From Nitrosopumilus sp. (GTDB taxonomy: Archaea; Thermoproteota; Nitrososphaeria; Nitrososphaerales; Nitrosopumilaceae): a stretch of 64,000 nucleotides of DNA. Location: assembly GCA_965214775.1 (NCBI GenBank), contig OZ243974.1, positions 1,824,001 to 1,888,000 on the forward strand, read 5' to 3'. Below the pieces are notes generated by a model. It had not been told where the DNA came from and made no database searches. It saw nothing but the letters and a program-made list of their open reading frames with translations. Position numbers and translations under genes: made by a program. Numbering within the stretch: the first letter of the stretch is position 1; each line of letters opens with the position of its first letter. Below, one piece after another: positions 21,100 through 31,023 of this stretch.

Positions 21100-21505
21100 A
21101 TGAACGAATCGCCAATTAGAAACAGCAGTGGGGATATTGGCTGTCCTAAATGCTTTATTTCATTGCAGAAAAAAAACCCCGTTTAAGACGCATGGAGAAT
21201 ATGTAGGTAATTTTGAATCATATGCGTCTCCCATATGCAGCTATTCTGCACTTACTGGGGATGGTTACGATGCAGCAGTGACTCAGGCAAAACAATTGGC
21301 AATAAATCAAGATATTCCAGAAATAGAACAAATTCAATTTAAGATGAACTGCTTCTAACTTGCTAGCAATGATCAGAGAAGAGAACAAACTCATGAAAGT
21401 AAGCAAGAGATTCAATCCTCAAATGATCCGGCCGACATGTTGGAATTGTTAGATCGCATGGACATGTTATACGAGGATGACCTACTAGACTTGCCAAGAA
21501 AATAA
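21100..21505 (+). pseudogene. Degraded zinc-ribbon (YgiT/MqsA-type) protein
   Basis: CPKC, frameshift in A8 run at 21169-21176, then GEYVGNFESYASPICSY; in-frame stop at 21356 followed by further open frame. Confidence 0.5.
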
Positions 21506-21589
21506 GGATCTGGAAAAATGCCAGTACGAACAAGCCCAAAGGATCTTGACGACAAATTATTCAGGATTAAAAAGATTCAATTCAATACG

Positions 21590-21676
21590 AGACATTATGT
21601 ATAATCGATCTAAATGGGATGAATCCGTTAATAATGATAATAACAATCCTGAATCTGAATCGATTACGCAGAGCCT
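21590..21676. mobile_element. MITE family D (TIR AGACTTTATGCGTAATCG-like)
   Basis: Imperfect TIRs and shared internal GATGAATCCGT; copies at 45345-45424 and 58231-58410. Confidence 0.7.
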
Positions 21677-21715
21677 GCTGGTTTTTATCTGAAAAAATGA
21701 AAAAAGATGTGGTTT

Positions 21716-22576
21716 TTAGAATCTTCTTGGAACAATGCTGAGTCTTGATCTTGCAGAGATTGCAACTATTGATATGATTGCAACTGCTAGAACCATGGCT
21801 GCGATTGCGCCAAATTCTGGGACTACAAAGGTGCCGATTATTTCAATCTCTTCAGCGCCTGCCGGGAATGCTATGGTAAGGACTCTGTCTGTTGATGATA
21901 TTGATTCATCAAAGTCTACTTCTTCTCCATCAATTAAGACAAAGAAATCGTCATCTTCACCATCCATTGTTGCATCCAATACAGATCTTGGTATTGTGAG
22001 GGTCAGTGAACCGTCATCGGTGGCATCAATAGAAACGATTAGTGAATTTGCATCCACGTCAGGCATAATGCTTAATAATTTTCCGCCTGTAATCTCATAT
22101 CCTATCAAATCACTGGAACCTTCAACTGAGACTGTCGTCTCAGTTACCTTGGAACCGCCTCCATTTCCTCCTTTCATGGATCCTTCTGGTGGTACTGTGG
22201 ATCCTCCAAAGTCAAACGAAGTGGTTGCTGAACGATTTTCGGTTCCGTACTGGACTGTAACTGTGTATGCCCCTTCAGCTCTCATTAATGCCCCTCCTGC
22301 AGTTATTTCAGTGCTGAATTTCTTGTCAGCACCTACGGTAACTTGCGCAATGGAAACCAGGTTTCCATTAGGAGCCTTGACGATAACGCTCACTGGAATT
22401 CCAGAATACAGATCCCTTACTTGGCCGGTTACTACAATTGTATCTCCTTCTGCATATGCAGCCTTGTCTGTAGTAACGACAATCGAGTTTTGTATTTGCC
22501 CAAATACTGGTGGTGCCATGCCGATACTTACAACTAAAATTACAGACAAGGCAAACACCGATAGATGAGTCTTCAT
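21716..22576 (-). CDS. PEFG-CTERM sorting domain surface protein
   Basis: Signal peptide MKTHLSVFALSVIL, VLIDGEEV, GTFVVPEFG tail. Confidence 0.88.
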   Translation of the reverse strand: MKTHLSVFALSVILVVSIGMAPPVFGQIQNSIVVTTDKAAYAEGDTIVVTGQVRDLYSGIPVSVIVKAPNGNLVSIAQVTVGADKKFSTEITAGGALMRAEGAYTVTVQYGTENRSATTSFDFGGSTVPPEGSMKGGNGGGSKVTETTVSVEGSSDLIGYEITGGKLLSIMPDVDANSLIVSIDATDDGSLTLTIPRSVLDATMDGEDDDFFVLIDGEEVDFDESISSTDRVLTIAFPAGAEEIEIIGTFVVPEFGAIAAMVLAVAIISIVAISARSRLSIVPRRF

Positions 22577-22755
22577 CAATTTTACGCCTGAAATTATACT
22601 ATTTAAGGTTGTGAAAAAATATGTTGACCAAAAGAGAAAAAACACTGGTTTTGCCGAATTTCAGATTAGATATATATTAACCCGAGCGCGAGATTTTGAC
22701 AGTTTGTGTGTTTTCCTTATTGTTACATTTAATGTTCGACGTGGAGGCATTTTAA

Positions 22756-23007
22756 ATGGCAACTAAGAAGAATCAAATTTTAGTTCCGGATCACGTTTAT
22801 GTTCCAAAACATGAAATTATTTCAAAGCAAGAAGCCGAGGGCGTTTTAAAAAAATACAACTGTAAGCCGACTGAACTGCCATTAATCTTTGTAAATGATC
22901 CGGCAATCTTGGGACTTGGCGTAAAACCAGGTGATATGATAAAGATTACAAGAAAAAGCCCGACTGCCGGCCAGAGTCTCTATTACCGTTACGTGGTGGA
23001 AGTATAG
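22756..23007 (+). CDS. rpoH: RNA polymerase subunit H (Rpo5)
   Basis: HVYVPKHEI, LPLIFVNDP, RKSPTAG, YYRYV. Confidence 0.97.
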   Translation: MATKKNQILVPDHVYVPKHEIISKQEAEGVLKKYNCKPTELPLIFVNDPAILGLGVKPGDMIKITRKSPTAGQSLYYRYVVEV

Positions 23008-26000
23008 GTGGCAGACTCTTCAACCAAACGATGGCCTGTCATCCAGGATATCCTAAAACGTGAGGGCATTGCACGCCAGCATCTAAACTCATTTGATGAG
23101 TTTCTTGAAAGAGGGCTTCAAAGCATCATTAACGAGGTTAGCCAGATTGAAATTGAAAATGCAGAGTATCCCTACAAAATCCAACTCGGCAAGGTAAAAC
23201 TCCAACAGCCAAGAATGATGGAACTTGACGGCTCCATTACCCACATTACTCCGGCAGAGGCAAGGCTGAGAAACGTCTCGTACTCTGCACCGGTAATGAT
23301 GGAGGCAAGCGTTGTCGAGGATGGCAAAATTTTGGAATCAAGGTTTGTCCACATTGGGGACGTACCAGTAATGGCAAAATCCAACGCATGCATTTTGCAC
23401 AACTTTTCAACCCAGAAACTAGTCGAGCACGGGGAAGATCCAAATGATCCCGGCGGTTACTTTATCATCAACGGCTCAGAAAGAGTAATTGTCGGACTCG
23501 AAGATCTTTCATACAACAAGATAATTGTCGACAGGGAAACTGTTGGAGGAAACATTGTCTTTAAAGCCAAGGTATACTCTTCAATTGTAGGTTATCGTGC
23601 AAAACTAGAGCTTGTAATGAAAAACGACGGACTGATCGTTGCACGAATTCCGGGATCTCCTGTGGATATTCCGGTCGTTACCCTGATGAGGGCGCTGGGA
23701 CTAGAGTCTGATAGGGAGATTGCCGCAGCAGTATCGCTTGTTGACGAAATCCAGGACGAGCTGGAGGGCTCCTTTGAAAAGGCCGGGGATGTCCCGACCT
23801 CAAAAGACGCGATTGTCTACATCAGTAAAAGAATCGCACCTGGAATGCTCGAGGAATTCCAAATCAAGAGAGCTGAGACTCTGCTTGACTGGGGACTCTT
23901 GCCACACCTGGGCAAACATCCCGAAAACAGAAAGGAAAAAGCGCAGTTCCTGGGCGAGGCGGCATGCAAACTGCTGGAATTAAGGCTCGGCTGGATTTCC
24001 CCGGATGACAAGGATCACTATGGAAACAAGGTAATCAAGTTTGCCGGACAGATGCTGGCAGACCTGTTCAGAACGGCGTTTAGAAATCTTGTCAGGGACA
24101 TGAAATATCAGTTAGAGCGCTCAGGACAAAAACGTGGAATCAACGCAGTGGCAGCTGCAATCAGGCCCGGCATCATCTCTGACAAGCTGAACAATGCCAT
24201 TGCGACTGGCAACTGGGGCAGGGGGCGTGTCGGCGTTACCCAGCTGCTGGACAGGACTAACTACCTCTCCACAATCAGCCATCTTAGGAGAATCCAGTCC
24301 CCCTTGAGCAGGACCCAGCCAAACTTTGAGGCAAGGGATCTTCATGCAACCCACTTTGGCAGGATATGTCCAAGTGAGACCCCCGAAGGCTCAAACTGCG
24401 GCCTTGTTAAGAATCTCGCCCTGTCTGGAATCATCTCCGTAAACGTCCCATCCGAGGAGATTGTCGAAAAACTCTATGATCTTGGAACCGTTCACTTTTT
24501 TGATGCAAAAGAAGACCTGAAGAAAGACGGGGCAAGAGTCTTTGTTGATGGCCGCCTCACAGGCTATTTCAAGGATGGCAAACAACTGGCAGAGTCCCTG
24601 AGGGAACTGAGAAGAAACTCAAAGATTCACCCCCACGTCGGAGTATCCTTCCACAAATCGGAGATTGAGGGTTCGACAAGAAGGCTGTACGTAAATTGCA
24701 ATGCAGGACGCGTCCTGAGACCCCTCATCATTATCAAGGACAACAAACCGCTTTTGACTCAGGAATTATTGGACAAAATCTCTAAAAAACTGCTTTCATG
24801 GACTGACCTTCTGAGAATGGGTGTCTTGGAGATGATTGACGCAAACGAGGAGGAAAACTGCTATGTCACTTTGGATGACAAGGATACAAAAAAGTATACC
24901 CACCTGGAGGTCTTTCCGCCGGCAATCCTTGGCGCAGGGGCCTCGATCATTCCGTATCCGGAACACAACCAGTCTCCGAGAAACACCTACGAGTCTGCAA
25001 TGGCAAAGCAAAGCCTCGGATTCTCAACGCCCATGATGAACACCAGCACATACGTCAGGCAGCACTTTATGCTGTACCCACAGGTTCCAATCGTCAATAC
25101 AAAGGCAATGAAGCTTTTGGGCCTGGAAGACAGGCCTGCAGGACAAAACTGTATCGTGGCAGTCCTGCCGTTTGACGGCTACAACATTGAGGATGCGATC
25201 GTCTTGAGCAAGGCCTCAGTCGACAGGGGACTGGGCAGAACGTTCTTCTTTAGAATCTATGATGCTGAGGCAAAACAGTATCCCGGAGGTATGAGGGACG
25301 ACTTTGAAATCCCAAACGCCGAGGAGAACATCCGTGGCTACAAGGGGGAGCGCGCATACCGGCTCCTAGAGGAGGACGGCGTCGTTGCAGCAGAATCCCA
25401 GGTAAGGGGCGGCGACATCCTGATTGGAAAGACCAGCCCTCCGAGATTCATGGAGGAGTACAGGGAGTTTGAGTCAAGCGGCCCTTACAGAAGGGACACG
25501 TCAATCGGTGTCAGGCCATCTGAGACCGGCGTAGTTGATACCGTCGTTATGACCCAGTCCAATGAAGGCGGAAAAATGTACAAGATCAGGGCAAGAGACA
25601 TGAGAATCCCCGAAATCGGCGACAAGTTTGCATCAAGGCACGGACAAAAGGGGGTTCTTGGAATTTTAGCCAAGGCAGAAGACCTGCCATACACTGCAAG
25701 CGGAATGTCCCCTGACGTCCTGATCAACCCTCACGCGTTCCCCTCCAGGATGACTGTCGGAATGATGATGGAATCAATCTGTGGAAAGGCAGCCGCACTG
25801 CGCGGAAAAAGATTTGACGGCTCTGCGTTTGTTGGCGAGAAGATGGACGAGGTCAAGGAGGTGATGGATGCCCACGGCTTCAAATATTCCGGCAAGGAAA
25901 TAATGTATGACGGAAGGACCGGAAAGCCGTTCCCAGTCGAGGTGTTCCTTGGCGTCGTATACTATCAGAAACTGCACCACATGGTCGCAGACAAAATTCA

Positions 26001-26355
26001 TGCAAGGGCGCGCGGCCAGGTCCAGATGCTGACCAAGCAGCCTACCGAAGGCAGGGCAAGGGGCGGCGGCCTGAGGTTTGGCGAGATGGAGCGGGACTGC
26101 CTGATTGCATATGGCGCCTCGATGATCCTAAAAGACAGGCTGCTTGACGAGTCTGACAAGTCTGACATCTTTGTCTGTGAGAGGTGCGGCCTGGTCGCAT
26201 ATCACGACGTCAAGCAGAGAAAGTACGTCTGCAGGGTCTGCGGGGACAAGGCCAAGGTGTCATCCGTGTCAGTTGCATACGCATTCAAGCTGCTGCTGCA
26301 GGAAATGCAGAGCCTTAACGTCGCGCCAAGGCTGCTAATCAAGGAGAAGGTGTGA
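23008..26355 (+). CDS. rpoB: RNA polymerase subunit B (Rpo2), unsplit
   Basis: GDKFASRHGQKG, GGLRFGEMERD, ETPEG, C-terminal Zn ribbon. Confidence 0.98.
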   Translation: MADSSTKRWPVIQDILKREGIARQHLNSFDEFLERGLQSIINEVSQIEIENAEYPYKIQLGKVKLQQPRMMELDGSITHITPAEARLRNVSYSAPVMMEASVVEDGKILESRFVHIGDVPVMAKSNACILHNFSTQKLVEHGEDPNDPGGYFIINGSERVIVGLEDLSYNKIIVDRETVGGNIVFKAKVYSSIVGYRAKLELVMKNDGLIVARIPGSPVDIPVVTLMRALGLESDREIAAAVSLVDEIQDELEGSFEKAGDVPTSKDAIVYISKRIAPGMLEEFQIKRAETLLDWGLLPHLGKHPENRKEKAQFLGEAACKLLELRLGWISPDDKDHYGNKVIKFAGQMLADLFRTAFRNLVRDMKYQLERSGQKRGINAVAAAIRPGIISDKLNNAIATGNWGRGRVGVTQLLDRTNYLSTISHLRRIQSPLSRTQPNFEARDLHATHFGRICPSETPEGSNCGLVKNLALSGIISVNVPSEEIVEKLYDLGTVHFFDAKEDLKKDGARVFVDGRLTGYFKDGKQLAESLRELRRNSKIHPHVGVSFHKSEIEGSTRRLYVNCNAGRVLRPLIIIKDNKPLLTQELLDKISKKLLSWTDLLRMGVLEMIDANEEENCYVTLDDKDTKKYTHLEVFPPAILGAGASIIPYPEHNQSPRNTYESAMAKQSLGFSTPMMNTSTYVRQHFMLYPQVPIVNTKAMKLLGLEDRPAGQNCIVAVLPFDGYNIEDAIVLSKASVDRGLGRTFFFRIYDAEAKQYPGGMRDDFEIPNAEENIRGYKGERAYRLLEEDGVVAAESQVRGGDILIGKTSPPRFMEEYREFESSGPYRRDTSIGVRPSETGVVDTVVMTQSNEGGKMYKIRARDMRIPEIGDKFASRHGQKGVLGILAKAEDLPYTASGMSPDVLINPHAFPSRMTVGMMMESICGKAAALRGKRFDGSAFVGEKMDEVKEVMDAHGFKYSGKEIMYDGRTGKPFPVEVFLGVVYYQKLHHMVADKIHARARGQVQMLTKQPTEGRARGGGLRFGEMERDCLIAYGASMILKDRLLDESDKSDIFVCERCGLVAYHDVKQRKYVCRVCGDKAKVSSVSVAYAFKLLLQEMQSLNVAPRLLIKEKV

Positions 26356-29300
26356 TGTCGATTCAGGCAATAAAGTCAATTGACGGAATCAGGTTCTCTG
26401 TTTGGTCTCCCACCGAAATCAGAAAGTACTCCGTGGCAGAGATTACCGCGCCGGAGACCTATGACGAGGACGGGATGCCGGTCCAGGGGGGCCTGATGGA
26501 CGGGCGGCTGGGCACATTGGAGCCCGGACAAAAATGTCTTACATGTGGGAATACTGCTGCAAGGTGTCCCGGTCATTTTGGACACATCGAGCTTGCCGAA
26601 CCGGTATTGCACATTGCGTTTATTGACAATATCTACAAGCTGCTGCAGTCAACGTGCCGCTCCTGTGCAAGACTGAAGGTTCCTCAAGAGGACTTGGAGG
26701 CGTTTAGAAAAATCAAAACAAAAGAGGCAGCATATACAGTAATCTCGCAAAAGCGCATCCCAGAACAAATCATTGAAAAGGCAAAAAAGGCAAAGGAATG
26801 CCCGCACTGCGGCAAGACGCAGTACGAGCTGATCTTCACAAAACCGACCATCTTTGTAGAAAAGACCGAGATCGGGGAGCACAGGCTGCTTCCAATTACA
26901 ATCAGGGAAAGATTCTCACAAATCCTGGATGAGGATTTGGAGTTGCTGTCATATGATCCCGTGACTGCCAGGCCAGAATGGTTCGTCTTGCAGGCACTGC
27001 CCGTCCCTCCGGTCACTGTGAGGCCCTCGATCATTCTTGAGACCGGAATCAGATCCGAGGATGATCTGACACACAAGATGGTCGACATCATCAGAGTCAA
27101 CCAGAGATTAAAGGAGAGCAAGGAGGCCGGAACCCCGCCCCTGATCGTCCAGGACCTGGTTGATCTGCTTCAGTATCATACCACCACATACTTTGACAAC
27201 GAGGTCTCCGGAATCCCGCAGGCCCACCACCGTTCTGGCAGGCCACTTAAGACACTGACCCAGCGACTCAAGGGCAAGGAAGGGCGTTTCAGGGGCTCGC
27301 TGTCCGGAAAGAGGGTCGACTTTTCCAGCAGGACCGTGATCTCGCCTGATCCAAACCTGGATCTATCTGAAGTCGGCGTGCCTGAGGCAGTTGCCATGAA
27401 ACTGACAATTCCCGAAATCGTTACGGAATGGAACATTGAAAGAATGAGAAAGCTCGTAATTAACGGTCCTGATAAATTCCCGGGAGTCAACTATATTGTA
27501 AGGCCTGACGGGGTCAAAATCAGGCTTGACTTTGTCGAGGACCGCTCCACCATTGCAGAGACGCTGGAAATCGGATATCTTGTGGAACGGCACCTTGCAG
27601 ACGGCGACATTGTCATGTTCAACAGGCAGCCGTCACTTCACCAGATGTCCATCATGGCCCACTATGTCAGGGTGCTGCCCGGAAAGACATTCAGGCTGCA
27701 TCCGTCAGTATGCCCCCCCTACAACGCAGACTTTGATGGCGATGAGATGAACCTGCACGTTCCCCAGAGCGAGGAGGCAAGGGCAGAGGCAATTCTTTTG
27801 ATGAGGGTGCAGGATCAACTGATCTCCCCAAGATACGGCGGCCCCATCATTGGCGCGCTCAGGGACTTTGTCACAGGCGCATACCTTCTGACCAAGGAGG
27901 GAACAACGCTGACTCCCCAGGAATTCTCCAATCTTGCAATGCTTGGGGGTTACACCGGCCCGCTTCCAAAGCCTGGAACAAAGACAAAAAACGGCCCTGC
28001 ATATACGGGCAAGCAGCTGTTCTCGCTGTTCCTTCCAAAGGACTTTAACTATGTCATTACATCAAAGTGGTCCAAGGGCACCAAGGGCGTGCAAAACGAC
28101 GTCGTAATCAAGAATGGCCAACTCATCAGCGGCGTAATTGACAAGACATCAATCGGTGCAGAGGAACCGGAAAGCGTCCTGCACAGAATCGCAAAGGACT
28201 ATGGAAATGCCGTCGGCAAGAGCTTTCTGAACTCCATCCTGATCATGGTAAAGCAGTTTATCACCCATTACGGTTTCAGTTACGGGTTTGGCGACCTTGA
28301 GGTTCCAGAGAAGGACAAGCAGCAGATCCTAGACGACATACAGGGAACCTATGATGTTATTGCCGATTTGACCGATCAATACGAAAAGGGCACCCTCAAA
28401 CTGACAAGGGGCATGAGGCCCGAGGAGGCATTGGAGGCCTACATCGTCAACGAGCTGGGCAAGGCAAGGGACAAGGCCGGCTCCACTGCCAATGATTCCC
28501 TTGACGATGAGAATGCCGGAAAAATCATGGCTACTACCGGCGCACGAGGCTCGTCGCTGAACGTGGGCCAGATGGCCGGCGCCCTGGGCCAGCAGTCCAG
28601 AAGGGGAAACAGGCTGCATGACGGCTACAACAACCGTGCCCTGCCGCACTATGCAGAACATGACAACAACCCTGACGCGCACGGGTTTGTAAAGTCCAAC
28701 TATCGCGAGGGGCTCTCTGCACTGGAGTTCTTCTTTCATGCGATGGGCGGACGCGAGGGCCTTGTAGACACTGCAGTCAGAACGCAGCAAAGCGGCTATA
28801 TGCAGCGCAGGCTGATCAACGCCCTGGAGCACATCAGGCTGGAGTATGATGGAACCGTCAGGGATCCGCACGGCCACATCGTACAGTTCCTTTATGGGGA
28901 GGACGGAATCGACGTATCCAAGAGTGATCATGGGGAGGCATTTAACATCAACAGGCTGATCGAATCGCAGACAATCGTCGACTCTGGCAGGAAAGCCAGA
29001 AGAGAGGAGGTTGAAACCCTGACTAAAAAATACACAAAAACCTTCAATCCGAGACTCAAGACGCTTGTCAGTGAGGCATTGCAAGGATCTGGATTGAGCA
29101 GGGACGGCGTTGAGGCAGTATGCAGGAAGGGGCTGTCGCTATTTGACAAATCCAAAGTAGAACCGGGCCAGGCAGTCGGAATCATCACGGCCCAGTCAAT
29201 CGGCGAGCCGGGCACCCAGATGACCCTGAGGACGTTCCACTTTGCAGGAATCAAGGAAAGAAACGTCACCCTGGGCCTTCCAAGGCTGATTGAGCTTGTG

Positions 29301-30146
29301 GATGCCAGAAAAAAGCCCGTTACGCCCACGATGGACATCTATCTTGACGAGGAATCAAAAAAGTCGAGGGAAAAATCAATCGAGGTTGCACGAAACGTGT
29401 TGCAGACCAAGATCAGCGCGTTGATTGCCGACAGCGAGACTGACTATTCGACTGAGATCAGGCTGATCCTCAGCGAGAAGAGACTCGGGGAAAGGGGCTG
29501 CACCATTGCCGATGTGGAGGCCGCGCTGTCCTCGAATAAAAAATTCAAGATGGAGACGACCGGCGAGCTGATTACCCTGAGGCTGGTTGAGGAATCTGAC
29601 GCCCCGACAGTCATTGCAATCAGAAACAAGGTTCTAAATGCTACTGTAAAGGGCGTTCCGGATATTGAGCGCGTCACGCTGGTCCAAAAGGATGACGAGT
29701 GGGTCATCCAGACGACCGGCTCAAACATTGCCAAGGTCCTTGAAGTAAAGGGCATTGACAAGACAAACGTCAGGACAAACAACGTCTTTGAGATTGCGGG
29801 AACACTTGGAATCGAGGCGGCGCGCAATGCCCTGATCAACGAGCTAAACGGCACCCTGGAAGACCAGGGACTGGAGGTTGACAACAGGTACATCATGCTG
29901 GTCTCCGACCTGATGTGCTCAAGGGGATACATGCAGCAGATTGGCAGGCACGGGATTGCCGGCACCAAGGACAGCGTGCTTGCAAGGGCCGCATTTGAGA
30001 TTACCGTTCCTACCATTGCCCATGCCGCACTTGGCGGGGAAGTCGAGCAGCTGAAGGGAATCACAGAAAACGTAATTGTCGGCAGCAACATTCCGATTGG
30101 AAGCGGCACCGTTGATCTGTACATGCAGGTCTCAAAAAAGAAGTGA
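26355..30146 (+). CDS. rpoA1: RNA polymerase subunit A (Rpo1), fused A'/A''
   Basis: YNADFDGDEMN, GEPGTQMTLRTFH and A'' region in a single ORF. Confidence 0.98.
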   Translation: MSIQAIKSIDGIRFSVWSPTEIRKYSVAEITAPETYDEDGMPVQGGLMDGRLGTLEPGQKCLTCGNTAARCPGHFGHIELAEPVLHIAFIDNIYKLLQSTCRSCARLKVPQEDLEAFRKIKTKEAAYTVISQKRIPEQIIEKAKKAKECPHCGKTQYELIFTKPTIFVEKTEIGEHRLLPITIRERFSQILDEDLELLSYDPVTARPEWFVLQALPVPPVTVRPSIILETGIRSEDDLTHKMVDIIRVNQRLKESKEAGTPPLIVQDLVDLLQYHTTTYFDNEVSGIPQAHHRSGRPLKTLTQRLKGKEGRFRGSLSGKRVDFSSRTVISPDPNLDLSEVGVPEAVAMKLTIPEIVTEWNIERMRKLVINGPDKFPGVNYIVRPDGVKIRLDFVEDRSTIAETLEIGYLVERHLADGDIVMFNRQPSLHQMSIMAHYVRVLPGKTFRLHPSVCPPYNADFDGDEMNLHVPQSEEARAEAILLMRVQDQLISPRYGGPIIGALRDFVTGAYLLTKEGTTLTPQEFSNLAMLGGYTGPLPKPGTKTKNGPAYTGKQLFSLFLPKDFNYVITSKWSKGTKGVQNDVVIKNGQLISGVIDKTSIGAEEPESVLHRIAKDYGNAVGKSFLNSILIMVKQFITHYGFSYGFGDLEVPEKDKQQILDDIQGTYDVIADLTDQYEKGTLKLTRGMRPEEALEAYIVNELGKARDKAGSTANDSLDDENAGKIMATTGARGSSLNVGQMAGALGQQSRRGNRLHDGYNNRALPHYAEHDNNPDAHGFVKSNYREGLSALEFFFHAMGGREGLVDTAVRTQQSGYMQRRLINALEHIRLEYDGTVRDPHGHIVQFLYGEDGIDVSKSDHGEAFNINRLIESQTIVDSGRKARREEVETLTKKYTKTFNPRLKTLVSEALQGSGLSRDGVEAVCRKGLSLFDKSKVEPGQAVGIITAQSIGEPGTQMTLRTFHFAGIKERNVTLGLPRLIELVDARKKPVTPTMDIYLDEESKKSREKSIEVARNVLQTKISALIADSETDYSTEIRLILSEKRLGERGCTIADVEAALSSNKKFKMETTGELITLRLVEESDAPTVIAIRNKVLNATVKGVPDIERVTLVQKDDEWVIQTTGSNIAKVLEVKGIDKTNVRTNNVFEIAGTLGIEAARNALINELNGTLEDQGLEVDNRYIMLVSDLMCSRGYMQQIGRHGIAGTKDSVLARAAFEITVPTIAHAALGGEVEQLKGITENVIVGSNIPIGSGTVDLYMQVSKKK

Positions 30147-30156
30147 CTTTTTTTTC
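30147..30156 (+). terminator. Oligo-T terminator after rpo1
   Basis: cttttttttt directly after the stop codon. Confidence 0.55.
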
Positions 30157-30238
30157 GGCCAGGCGAGGTGGTGCGGGCCAAAAGAGCCGCCGTTGGGCAT
30201 TCTCAAGGCGCGTTTTTGGCATGCAGCAGTGTGTCTGA

Positions 30239-30363
30239 GGCCGCCCCGCCTAGTTACGCTTGCCTGGCTCAATCTGCGCGTTTTTCTGAATTTCCGCCCT
30301 TTTGTATGCCGTCTGCGTGGCATCCCAGATTTTCAGGAATTCTGGCAAATTAGGCGACAATCC
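30239..30363. mobile_element. MITE family A copy (inverted relative to 20703)
   Basis: Ends AATTAGGCGACAATCC; internal TTTTTCTGAATTTCC and TTTTCAGGAATTCTGG match the reverse complement of the 20703 copy. Confidence 0.7.
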
Positions 30364-30571
30364 AGTACGTCTGCTAAAGCGGATTATGATGCTGTAATAT
30401 CGTGCCTGTTTTGACACGCGGATGCTCGGTTTTTAGCCGTACATATATGACAGGAAGGCCACAGATGCAATCAGGTAGAGCGGCCCGAAATGGATGAAGA
30501 GCGATACCAAGAATAACGGACCTGATTTTCATATAACACATCAACGGATTCAAGTAAAAAAATTGAGTTGT

Positions 30572-30645
30572 GGTACGAGGTCACCTACCCCCATCAGCTA
30601 GGCACGGATTAGCGTGCATGATTGTAATTTTCGTGCCTAGATGGT
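30572..30645. repeat. Palindromic repeat family B (CTAGGCACG...CGTGCCTAG)
   Basis: Hairpin; second copy at ~57020-57090 nested in MITE A. Confidence 0.65.
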
Positions 30646-31023
30646 AGGGGGACGTGACCACATACGAGTTGTGCAACAAATTATCGAATTCGATATTTTT
30701 AATAACCGAACATGGCTTAGCTTTGACATAATAATGAATGTGTTATATGCGATATGGCATCCTCGCCAATGCCCTAGTGATGGCTGGGCAGGTGGAGGAG
30801 GAAGAGGAGATGGGGGGGGGGTGGCAGACCCAGGCCCCGCTGTCGTGGCAAGAAGAGGACGGCCTCGTCCGGGCGGCTGTGATACATTGGTATTCAGTCC
30901 GGATCCTGGCGGCATGAGGAGGGCCTGTATGCGGCGGATCTGCATGTATACGTCCTGCGTCATACTGCTTGTGCAAAACGGCAAGCCAGCTACACGGGAG
31001 GGAATAGCGCCCGAGTCAGGAGA

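Noticed and set aside
26355-30146. Fused Rpo1 as a novelty
   Set aside because: Unsplit Rpo1 is established for Thaumarchaeota
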